In this document: positions 13,285 to 26,595 of the stretch, piece by piece
Layout of the letters: each line of letters opens with the position of its first letter
Numbering within the stretch: the stretch's first letter is position 1
Source: Octopus sinensis
Taxonomy: Eukaryota
NCBI RefSeq assembly: GCF_006345805.1
Contig: NC_043001.1
Span: forward strand, 57,412,001-57,476,000
DNA length: 64,000 nucleotides
Reading direction: 5' to 3'
Position numbers and translations under genes: made by a program
The notes under the pieces: model-generated
Told to the model about the DNA's origin: nothing
Seen by the model: only the letters and a program-made list of their open reading frames with translations
Databases searched by the model: none

Positions 13285-16200
13285 CTAAAGTATTCAATCA
13301 GTCACCTAGATCCACCATAATTTGTTTCAGATAAATATTCATTTTTAAACTACAACCTCAGTTGTTATGAAGATTCTTTACCGCTCAAGTCTAAAGTGAC
13401 TGAGCTGATTTATAATCAAAAGTAATACAGGCCGGAAGTTATTAATTTTCAGAATTACTGTATCTAGTATCACCCTATTTAGAGCATAATTAGCAGAGTA
13501 ATATTTGAAGAAAATTTCGTTACCATTCCTAGTATACTGCATGTCTATGTAGACGCTCCTTTGTCTGTAACATCAATGCTATTGCTCTCAAACCAGATAT
13601 AGTGTTTGTGCTTAATTTTAATAACACTTACGGAAACAGATATGTAGTTTAATCCCGACAAACAATTAAACTTGGCCTTTAAAGGGATAAAATTGCACGA
13701 AATCTACTTCAGCAAACGGACATCTTTTGTTTCCATTTTTGGTTTTACGCAAATATTGGTTTTTATGCTAGTCAAATTATCACCCCTCCTCATTTTCAAA
13801 ACCATTATTCTGTTCTTGAGCATGCAATTAGGGAAAATCAGGTGTGTTTTACTTTCTCTATAGTTCAGCGTAATTAACAGCAGCATAGTAAATTATAGTC
13901 CAATTGTCTTTGTTTTTTTTTTGTTTTTTATTTTATCGAGGAATTAACTGGCATTCCCAATTAAGGTCATCCAATTAAAATATCATTAATCTTTAGCGAA
14001 GGAAATAAGATGATATCAACCAACATAATCATTGAAATATGATATAAATTGATATGCATTTAACCCTTTTACTGTTTTAGGAATATCACAGCAATGTACA
14101 TATTTGCATTAATTGTAGAATATGTTTTTTAGTGTTTTACATTTCATTACCACTTGTTATGCTTAGAGCCAGGTCAGCTATGATTCAGCAGCCTCATAAC
14201 CCATTATATTACAGCCGTGCTCTCCCCTCGTCTTTTGTTTTTCCTGTGTAATATAATTTGGAATACAACATCTTAAACATAGTGAGTAACAGTTGTGCTT
14301 TCAGATACTACGGCGTAATTTTCAAGAAAATTTACTGCTGTTTCTCGCGGGCCGAGTGATAACAGCATCCCTTTCAAGGTAGTTAGCAAGGGTAGTTCGG
14401 TTTATTGATTTAGAAAATGTGCATATAAATCATTGATGCATTCCTTAAAGCATATATCCCCACCACGTCTGATAACCTTCCATCGGCAACCATTTAAACT
14501 CATTTCTTTCAACTCTAATCAGTGATGTAGTGTGAGAGGTGAGACCTTGCCAACTATATATATGTCAACGAGATTTCAGTTTCTACTTGAATGGCTTTCC
14601 CCTCAGTTATGTTACACTTAGCATCGAGAAAAGTATGAATACGGTGGAGTTAAAACATCGCATTACATGGATGCAATACATTAGATTAAACTACGTAGAC
14701 GGGGAGTTTGTATATATGCACAACTATTTTATGTTCTTATACACACATATATATTTGTACTTGTGTGACAACGTGTATGTGTGTTTGTGTGTGTGTGTGT
14801 GTGTGTGTATGTCTGTCGATATATTCCGAATAATAAGCCAGTGATTTTGGATTAGAATTCAATAAGACCAAAACACAATGAACTAGTGATAAAACTCGCT
14901 ATAAGCAAGTAACGATCCCAAACAGGAGGAAAGTTACATAAATTTTACAAACAGCTTATATTTTCTGTATATCCTTACATTTATAATAACATGTTAATGG
15001 ACAAGCGTTTTCTTGGCCAACTGACCAACAGAGTTGGACAACCATGACCCCATTAACACGCTAAAGAAATATAAATGATTATTTTATCAGCGAAACATTT
15101 TATGCTGAAAAATTATGCCATATATAAAGACGTGATATGAATAATGAAGAAAATTCTCATGTTATGAACCTGCGTTCTTTGTTTCTTTGACTGGTGAATA
15201 TCTACATGTAAAATTCCTGCATGAAATAACTGATGCCCGACCAAATCTATTTAAGCTATCGCATTTGAGGAGGATCTAATTGTGGGTATGATTGACTTCA
15301 ACTTTCTTCACTCCAGCATCTGTATATCTTTGGAGCAGTGATATTCTCTGGTAGAATGAATATTGTGTATATTTGAAACTTCTTAGCGGAGTAACGGTAA
15401 ATGACAACATTCTTGAAGAGGCGCCTAAAATACTTACCATAAAAGAACTCTAAGATCCGATTCTGTTTTTGAAGTGGGTGACAGATTAAAAAATATCTAT
15501 AAACATGTATAGCTTCTACATACTTTCACAATTTTTCCATGAATACAATTTCATATAAGGATCGAACGAAGGATGACGTGATTGCGATCTGAATATCTTA
15601 ACCTATAGATACGTCCGCTAACACAACTTAGTAAATCAACGAATGTGACTTTCTTTGTGTCTAGACAAAATAAATAATTTGATTTTCTTCCGAACTTTTG
15701 CACACAAGAGTTAAATAAATTGTCCAATTTCTGCACAATTAGCACCTTTCATACATTAAACACTGTCTTTCTAAACAGTAATCACTTCACTTCTATTGAC
15801 TTTCTCAGTCATTTATTCATTCTAACTACTTCTTCATACTCTGAGATTATCTGAGTCTCGTGACATGCAGGTAAATAATCTTCCTCTTCGGACAGTACTA
15901 AAATAGCAAAATAAAAAAAATAACTATTTCAAGTGGCAGACAAGGGAAATGAAGAAGAGTTATCTTACGAAGCAGTTATAAATAAATGATACAGACATGA
16001 CCATGTGAAAGAGATGTGTTAGTCAAAAGAGTAAAAGAAAATAAGAGATGCAATCTCCGATAGATCTCAGTGGACATATTTACGAGTTTTAAAGACTGAC
16101 TTTGAAAAGGAAAACAATTTCTTGATGGGTGACATGTGCTTCATGTGATATTTCTAAAGTTAACCATAAGTGATAGACTTTTTATGACAGGAAATCAAGA

Positions 16201-18487
16201 AAAAAGTAATCCTTTATATCTTAATCTTATCAAGAATAGTTCCAAAATAGACAGAATGCTACGTAATTTAACGTGATATGTAATCTAAAATGTATTCGCT
16301 ATCACACATATGCCCCTTTACTGGTAAATAAAAAAAAGATACTAATATCCAAAATTGACATGGTCTTCACTGTTAAGTAGGGTGCTTTATAAGAACTATC
16401 TACTATTTCAGCTAAATATTATTTTATCGACGCTGATATTATGAAAAGCAATAGTGACTTCCTGTGTGATTTGGACTCAAAAGGTAATTGCAACATACTG
16501 TAACCATTCTGCAAGCTTTTGGATTATATACAAGAAATCAAGATGTCAACGAGTCAAGCAAGGATTGTTCTTGTAGTCACGATATCGTTCGTAGCTCCTT
16601 ATAAAAGTGATAAATAAAAACTGACCAACCCAGTAATATAGCTAATGAATAAAGTTCTACTGAAGTCCATTAAAACATGCGAGACTAAATCTCTAATTGA
16701 AATTAAGCTTGTTTAGTGTTATATTTCTGTATCTCCATACAGTGAAGATCTTTTCGCAATATATCATAAAATATATTCTAGAAATCATTATTCTTTTTTG
16801 TGTATCAACCTGCCACATAGGATACGGCTTACAATGTAATAAAATTCGGTACTTATTTTCATTTCTGAATTTCATTCTGAGTTGTAAACCTCCTTGCAGT
16901 CAACAAAGTATTTCAGTACACCAGAAATATATGACAAGTACTAAGTACTTTAATTAGCATGTTATTGCTTTGAGGAAATCCTTTACCTGGCCGTTATATC
17001 TTTTGGTAATTGCTGCGAAATCTCGCTAAAAATAATCCCAGCTGTGTTGTACACAGTTACCCACATCGAATTATGTAAATCGAGATGGGTGACGCTCGAT
17101 AGAATGTTGGGATGGTACTGAATGGAACACTTTTCTTTCCAGAACTGGAATCAGAATTTCAGCTTGAAACACCGATGAAACCAATGGTGGAATCACATGC
17201 GGTCTAGCATAGTAGTTTTTATGTAGTCACGCGGCCTGCCAGAAATAGAAAATATCTTTCTTCAAAACACACGTATTTACCTTAAAAGATGAATGGCACA
17301 ATGGATAACGCTATATTATGTTCAGCATATTTGAGGAAAATATAAAAATAAAGAAAAAGACCCGAATCAGTCGTGGTAGTTTTCAGTTAGAGTTGATGGG
17401 GTTAAACAAGAAAAGCTACCACACCATTAATACTAACTACAACAACACACACAAACCGAACAAAAAGCTTCTTTTTGGTCTTCTGTGTCTTCAATGTCTC
17501 CCTTGACTTGATTAACGTTTTATCATTAATCAGTTGTCAAAGAAATTACAAGTAATCAACAACGAGTTGTAGGTCTCCATTTGTTAATCACTTTTATATT
17601 TTCTTTAATATAAGCATTGTAATAGTGCCAAAGCTTTCTTTAAAGGTAAAGATACATTCCTCAACTCTCCAATCCAATATCAACTCTCCATCAACAGAAA
17701 TAAGTTTTTACGTGTTACACCACAGTGAATTACAGATGCGTTATTCAAAATCTGAGAGTAATTTCGAAACTGATGATCCATATCTTAATTTCAAAGGATA
17801 GAGAAGGTATTCTGTACATAGTTATCAAGTTGTCCTCATTAAAATGGGAAAGAAAGCGTACGATTAAAATGTTACAATTAACAGAGGAGGATAATGTTCA
17901 GGACAACATTATACTTTCAATTATAGGGTGATTTTCATGGCTAAATGTAGATCTGGGTCCAGCAAATACTAATATTTCCTTTTCTACGTTCCGCGTATAT
18001 ACATGCAGGCATACAGGCATGCATAAATAACTACATAAATACATACAAATTCAGACAGACGGTCACATATATATTTACATATTTGTGTTTATCTCTGTCT
18101 CTCTGCTTCTCTCTCTCTCTTTCTCTCTCCCTGTAATATATATATATATATATATATAAGTAAGCATGGGTACTTATTACATTTATAATTATGTGTATCT
18201 TTTTCTTATCTTGATTACGCCTTCCAGAATTTACTATCGCCTGATATTAGATATCTGAAATGTGAGTAAAATGACCATACTGTTATTATTGCTTCCATAA
18301 TAGAAATTGTATATTTGTAAGTGTTTATAAGTGGTTCTACATATATATTCATATATGTATGCACAAACAGGAAACAGCTTGCATGATACAAGTGTTACAG
18401 TTTCGATATTTCACATATATACAATATGAGAGGATGCGTTCATTTTTGGCCGCATATGCATATATGAATGTATTACTACCGTTCAGG

Positions 18488-18489
<2 letters not shown>

Positions 18490-18550
<61 letters not shown>

Positions 18551-18615
18551 ATATATATATATATATAATATATATATATATATATACATATATATATACA
18601 TATATATATATATAT

Positions 18616-18655
<40 letters not shown>

Positions 18656-18856
18656 CGTGTGTACATGCATATATATTTATGTATACGTGTATATATATAT
18701 ATGCATATATATACATATATACATATATATATATGTATGTTTATGCATATATATGTATATATGTACATATATACATAGATATATATATGTATATATATAT
18801 ATGTACATATATATAAATGTATGTATGCATATATATATATATACATTTATATATAT

Positions 18857-18910
<54 letters not shown>

Positions 18911-18925
18911 ATATATATATATGCA
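18490..18925. repeat. Compound (TA)n/(TG)n microsatellite
   Basis: Long TA arrays with a TG block at ~18638-18655. Confidence 0.96.
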
Positions 18926-19093
18926 CATACGCATATGCATGCAAATAAATTTCTATTTAAATGACATCAGTTGTTTACACTTAATTGGCATTTATCTTAA
19001 TTCTTATTGATCTGTGTCAGGAAACGTGTGAGATCTTTGATTTATGTAAGCAAATAAATCTAAGTAGGAAAAAATGGCATTAACATTGACAGA

Positions 19094-19127
<34 letters not shown>

Positions 19128-20139
19128 ACAAGCACAACAATACACATAAACACATATATATTCACATATATACGCATATATTTTATAGGTATACTTACAC
19201 TATATTCACATGAGTGCACATCCGAACAAGACAGCCATTGTTTGAGAAATAAGTAGGATGTGTTATCAATAAATATTTAATAATGTTTGAAATAATTAAC
19301 TATAAGACAATTGAAAAAATGTCCAAATGTCAATGTTGCTGAAAAAATTATGGAAGTTTCAATTTCTCCTTAAAAAATATCCGAAAGAAATATTCGAAAT
19401 AGCGAGAGTAATGAGAAAGAAATGGTAGAAGACAGAATGGGAGAAATAAAGTGTGTTTGTTTGTGTTATAGCAGGTGTGAGTGTATAAGCGTGTTGGTGT
19501 GTATGAGTTAATGTGCGTAAGAAATACAGAAAGTGTCGACGGGAAATAAAGACGGAAATGGAATCAGAAATGAAATCCGAGTAAAGAAAGTAAGAAAGAA
19601 GGGAAGAATGTGGCTTACAGAGTTACAATTAAAGACATTGGAAGCATGATTAAAAAGCCAAATAAAACACTCAAACACACACACACAGATATACAGACAG
19701 CTAGATAGAAAAATAAATAAGTGAAAAAACTGATGGATGAACTCTGAAATGTGAATATACTAAAAACCATTCCTATACAAGTGTGCTGAATGCGTACATT
19801 TGTGTACATTTTAAATTCGTTCACAGAATTTTAATGTATTTATTAAAGAAGGAAATATATTTGATGCTGGTATCCTGGTATTGATATATTAACTGCAATT
19901 TTTGCAATTTTTCTGATCTTTTCAATCTGTCTACAAAATATTTGTTACAGTAGCTTTAAGAGGTTTCCATTTTCTATTCTGCAGATTCATAAAATAAACT
20001 GTAATTTTAATATTGAGAGCTATAAAATGACGAATTTTATAATAAGAATAATAAATTATTATGAATGCATGTGGCAACCACCCTCCATTTATTATCATCT
20101 ATAAATAAAAATGTGAAACTAGTAATAATAATATCAATT

Positions 20140-20940
20140 CCAAAACACTAGCTTATCAACATGCCGAAACACAGTTGAGGAATCGTTACGTATCTGTATT
20201 GTATTGTTGTTTCAGTACGATCAAAATGTCAAATGTTTTCACGACACTCTTATTGTATTTGTATATTCCCTATACTTCTCTGTTTCTCCTCAATACTCAT
20301 ATCACACACATACTTCCAAAATATGAATATCATATCTATACCCCCAGGTTGTTGCATTGATAACTCAACATGTCAAACCCACATGTACTTCCCAAGCCAG
20401 CATAACTTCTGTGTCTCTTAATTCCTAAAGTTATATAAGCATCTCACTAATAGTAACATTATATCGTGTGTCAGAGACAATTTAAAACCTGTATAATTAC
20501 CATATTAGCAATTAATCTGTGATTCTCCTCATTTGTTTATTTCCAACATTATGTGATTATTTGCGAACATTACATCTCTATCTTCTAAAATATTAATGTT
20601 ATATCTCTAAATACATAATGTACCCCTTATATTCACAGTAGTATTGTTACATCTATAATGTCGACATTGAGTCACTACTTCTTCGATATCAGTATCGCAT
20701 ATGCACATCTATTTCAACATCTATGGATATTTGTCATGACATTACATTTCTGTGTCCATATCACCAAATTTACATCTATATATCTAAAACAGTATCATTT
20801 CGTCTCTACAGCTATAGTACCAACATTAAATTTCTACAGTTATATTGTAAATGTTACAACTGTGCAGGTACAGTTGAAACGTTATAACATCAGCATTAGA
20901 TCTCTCAATTTATGATCTCAAAATTAAATCTGTTTAATAC
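20140..20940 (-). mobile_element. Possible highly decayed Penelope-like element remnant
   Basis: Minus strand near 20770-20795 reads YCFRYIDVN (PLE RT FRYIDD-like). Adjacent to the 85-bp repeat shared with 11538-11622. Very degenerate. Confidence 0.35.
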
Positions 20941-22082
20941 TAACGTTAAATCTGTACAACTACTGCAACTTTGATCTGTGGTAAAATTCTTTCCAATTTA
21001 TTTTCTAGTCTCACAAATAACAATCGGAAAATCCTAAATACCTTGTTTGCGTCATTTCAGAAACAATGAAGGGTTTAAAAGAAGTAAGAAAAAGAATAAA
21101 AACAAACGATAAAAACAAAAATATGCATATCTATAAAATATATTTTACATCAATCCATCTAGAAAACTAGCATCACATATGTAAGGGAAACGTTAGAGTT
21201 GCACCACTATATTACCGATATTATTACTATATCATGACAAGAAAATTTGCTGCAGCCTGAAAGTAGCATATTGTTATTGTTCCCAACTCCTTTGTCACCG
21301 GATTAAATAACTGATCTCTTCTCTAGCAATAAAATAATGAAATATATTGATTCTATATATCCTTTCTAACGTCATTGAAGTGGTTGAATAGCTATTTTAT
21401 TGTTTCCATTTCTCGTTCCACTGAAAAGTTGGTCCCATACAAATCTACGATGGATTCATTAATGAAATAATCTTATCTAAAAGCCGAATAGATCTAATGG
21501 TTTTATAGAACAGAGATGCTTTCGGTTGCCCATTCCCCGATCTAAGTTAAGTGAAATATTATTGAAATGTTAACTGGCTGTTCTGGCTAAGATATTTCCT
21601 TTCGTTCAGTGCGCGGAATGAATAGAGTTTTCTTTCTTGAATACAAGCAATAAAAGGTCCGTGGATCTTCTTAAGAAATCTTTGACTAATATGAAAGGAG
21701 AAATTGAATAGCAGGAATTGTTTCTTTTAAAAGAGGAAATAGCAAGGATCTTCAAGTAAATCTCTTTCTAGCATTCCCAATAGCCACCTTGCTCGAGTGT
21801 CAGCAAGTTCGGACTAATTACAGCCAATGCTTAGTCATACGAAATGAAGGGGAGGTGGCAGGGTTAATAAATCAGTACTAACTTTCATGTTGGAGTTGTG
21901 CCGATTAATACAGTCTATATTATTGCTTTTATTGTTATTTTTTATAATCAAAATGGAAATAATGATAGCGATGATGATGGTGATAAAAATTGCGTGATTA
22001 TTATTATAGTGACTACAATGTTTCATATGATTTGGATATCCACAATAATCTCTTCTCAGACATACTTGCATGCATACTTACA

Positions 22083-22280
<198 letters not shown>

Positions 22281-22879
22281 TAGATGTATGCACTTATGCG
22301 GAGGTCAATTTTTGTTTTTCTTGTAGTTTCCTTCTTTTCTAACAAATTTTTCATTAACAAGCAAGGGTATAAATCTCATCCCAGGTTCTTATTCTAAGGT
22401 GTTAAGCATATTTCAATCGGTGAAATTGATTGGAATCATAATTAAAGACGTATTTGTGAAAGAGACCAATTGTCATTTATAGCTAAGATAATTCGGAAGA
22501 GCAGATCCTTATTACGACCAAAGCCTTTCCAACCATAACCATACTGATTTTTATACTGAAGAATACAGCGTCCAGTATATCTTTTATTTCTGAATACGGT
22601 TGAGAGCAATTCGTTTCATATTTTGCTATTTGCGGCAAAGTAAACGATCACAAGGTGTCTTCTTCCATTTGATTATTACAGTGAAGGGACTTGAGATTCT
22701 TGTTTCACACAATTTGAAAAATTCTGGCAAATATATTCTATTCACAATGATTCATTGCGAAATAATTGAGCATGACATCGAATTAACAATCGTTACTTGC
22801 CTGGAGAGTAATACAAGTAAATCTGAACTGCCTGTCTTCAATAATAATATAAGTGGTAATAATAATTTATAATTAGGTA

Positions 22880-23070
22880 CCAAGCCAGCTGTTCTGAAGT
22901 GTGAGATTAATAGCTGTCATCAATATGACCATTTTATAGGTATTTGATTTCATCGAACCTGAAGAGATAACAGCTAAATCTGGCCTCAACTGGGTTTGAA
23001 TTTACAAAATAAAATCCTGGAAATAATACCATTGCATTTTTCTATCCTTCAATGATTCTGCCTTTGTCAG
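22880..23070 (-). mobile_element. SINE family A, very old copy
   Basis: TTTCATCGAACCTGAAGAGATAACAGCTAAATCTGGCCTCAACTGGGTTTGAATT..AATGATTCTGCC weakly matches the reverse complement of family A. Confidence 0.45.
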
Positions 23071-23189
23071 TGCTAATAATTTTGCTCACAATTTGCAACA
23101 TTGGTAAAGCGCTAAATATATAGTAGTTGTATTGAGGAGGTACGTATGTAATTTGGATTGTGTAATATACAATATATTGGAACTGAGAA

Positions 23190-23300
23190 GAAACGTGACT
23201 CAAAGTCGTAGGGTCGATTCAAGCAGGGCATTGTGTCATTGGACTAGACATGTCATCTCACGTTGTTCCAGACCGTGATAATTTAGAGACAATTGGCACC
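23190..23300 (+). mobile_element. Decayed tRNA/CORE-like SINE fragment
   Basis: GTCGTAGGGTCGATTC (B-box-like) followed by TTGTGTCATTGGACTAGACATGTCATCTCACGTTGTTCCAG, which resembles a CORE-type domain. Confidence 0.4.
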
Positions 23301-24846
23301 ACATCTTGGTAAATGTAAATAGCTCTCGGTAGCTACGGTATAAACTCATTGTTAATTAATTTTATGAGATCAATGATAATAATATTGTTAATATGAATGT
23401 TCTAACGATAATGTTCTAAAAACATACTTGTGATGAAATTGATCAATGTTATTGGGAATTTATCCTGGTGTGATGGAAGAAAATCACTCCGTTTCATTAA
23501 CATTATCGGATCAAAAAAAAAAAAAAAAGAAATGTAAGCAATAATTAATTTTTCAACCGTTGTGTAGGATTACCTTACTTTAAGTGGATGATAGAAATCG
23601 GTCTATGATGTTTCTGTTGCTGTTTCTTAACCCAAGGAAGATCGTAACTGTAAAACATCTATACTTAAAAGTATTCCGGTCATGACTACCTAAGAATGTC
23701 TGTCAATCTATAATTACATTATCACTACTATTTATATTTTACAAACAGCAGAGAGCGACTTAATAAAAATTTGGCTGATATATGCGGCAGTTAACCTCGA
23801 GAGCTTAGTTTCACCTCGAAATTGTTATTTTCGCACAGTCTTTGAGTTAATCTAAGTTTGATAGGTCCGTGAGTAAAGATATATCAGTCGTGACCATCGC
23901 GATGTTATAGGAATACATACGACTTAAAGAGAATAAAATGTGATTCGATGAAGATCTATGTGCAACTTACAGTATATCAGCTACGTAAGAGTTATCTCAT
24001 TGGTGTGATCTTCCTACTATAGAAAATTAATGTGTCCCCTTTAGCTGTGGCAGACATTCAAAATTTGACATTTCAACCCAAAACATCATTCAACAAGTAT
24101 AACTCGAAAACATTGGCAAAACATGGAAATATGTATTTTGATCTATGATCTCGTGCACCAACATCAGAACAGTATACAATTCAAATTTTGTAATTGTCAC
24201 GTACTATAATAAACCGGGTCAGTCATCCTTGTTGTGTATCACACTATTTGTATTCAAATTCAAACCGATATGATAAATCATTTTTGAGGTAGAACCCACC
24301 CTGCAACTTGATGCATATCACTGTTTCTTTGGTAGTGTCACAAAATCTCCTCTGAATCACACCAAGTTGTCTAAAATAAAGAAAAGGTGACACAAAACAC
24401 GGAACCTTATATAGCACTATAGAGCATAGTGGGGAAGGGAGGGGAGAAACTATATTTGATTACAACTCCACACTTCCAGGGTAGATATGAAGACTACAAA
24501 ACAGCAATGAAAATAATTGGAAGAAAAGAGGGGCAACGAATACAGTTATACATTTCATGAAGACCAGCTTAATACTCTTCAAAATATATTCTCTTCAAAA
24601 TATATTACCACAGTCGTAGGAAAAAGAGAATATATTAGTTACCATTCTCTTATGAATTTCTTAACGGATGGAAGAATCACCCTTGAAATGTTTTAAATGG
24701 GAGTCGGTCTTTTTCGTTGCTGCTATGCAAAACCAAATGAGAAGATAACATATCTTTATCATATACATTTATTATTAGATTTCTGGGAAAATTACTTCTG
24801 AATCAAATTGTAATATACTGGAAGCAGTTGATAAGCAACAGAAAAG

Positions 24847-25634
<788 letters not shown>

Positions 25635-25649
25635 AATAATAATAATAAT

Positions 25650-26556
25650 ATATGAATTGGAAATGAAAGAACAAATGAGGATCGAGTATCTCCGAAGATT
25701 GACATTGGTGCTGCACTCAAAATTGACTAGATGGAGTAAAATCCAAGCAGATAACACGTGAGTGATTGCATTACTTCGGTGTGGAGCGGGAGTCATAAAA
25801 TGGCAAAAGAGAGAAATGAAGAAAATAGACAGCAAGACCAGAAAAACGTTGATGGTAGACGGAGCCTTCCACCCTAAGATTGGCACCAATAGGCTGTACT
25901 TGTCCAGAAGAAAGGGTGAGTGAGTTTTGATCAGTTACCAGGACTGTATGGAAGCAGAGAAAAACAGCCTAGGGTAGTTTATAAAAATGTCGTGGAGCCA
26001 CTGTTGAAACACACGAAAAGGCTGGCGTCATCAAAACTGAAAATTGAGTAACTAAAGAAAAATTTAAACAAGAAATGGACAAAAACAAAAACAAAAAAAA
26101 ATCATAGAGACAAAATGTACGGTCAGTTTCCAAGGAAGCGAAAATTGCAGAATTTGTGTTGAGGGAAGGGGGGGTGAACGGTATGGCACATCGTTAGCAA
26201 CTGACACAACGCGAATACAAACGGCGCCACTGGGAGCCTTGTGGAAATCACGGCCTACAAAGAGCAAAGGCGTTGTATGAACAAACCCCAGATGGAGTCA
26301 CCGAAAATAAGAACTGCAAAATCCTGTGAGGTGTAATGATGCAGTGCGATCACCTGACCAGACATAGGAAAGAGGACATGATCGGTACAAGAGTGAAGGT
26401 AGACACCAACAAAAATCAACATTGCTTGGAACTGCAAGAATTCTTTGCAAGGTTCTTCAAGCATGACCAGTAAACAAGTATCACCTAAGTCTGCTGGCTG
26501 TGGACAGGTGACACATCCCATCATACTCCGCAAAATAAAGCGTGAGTTTTCATATA
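25650..26556 (+). mobile_element. Dong/R4-type LINE fragment (RT thumb to C-terminus, internally deleted)
   Basis: EQMRIEYLRRLTLVLHSKL..KIQADNT*VIALLRCGAGVIKW..IDSKTRKTL..GAFHPK..RLYLSRRKG; later TPDGVTENKNCKIL and QQKSTLLGTARILCKVL. Ends in (AAT/AAC)n. Confidence 0.85.
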
Positions 26557-26595
26557 AAAATAATAATAATAACAACAACAACAACAACAATAACA

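Noticed and set aside
14060-14400. TTAA-CCCTTT, possible piggyBac/MITE left end
   Set aside because: No matching AGGG-TTAA right end found.
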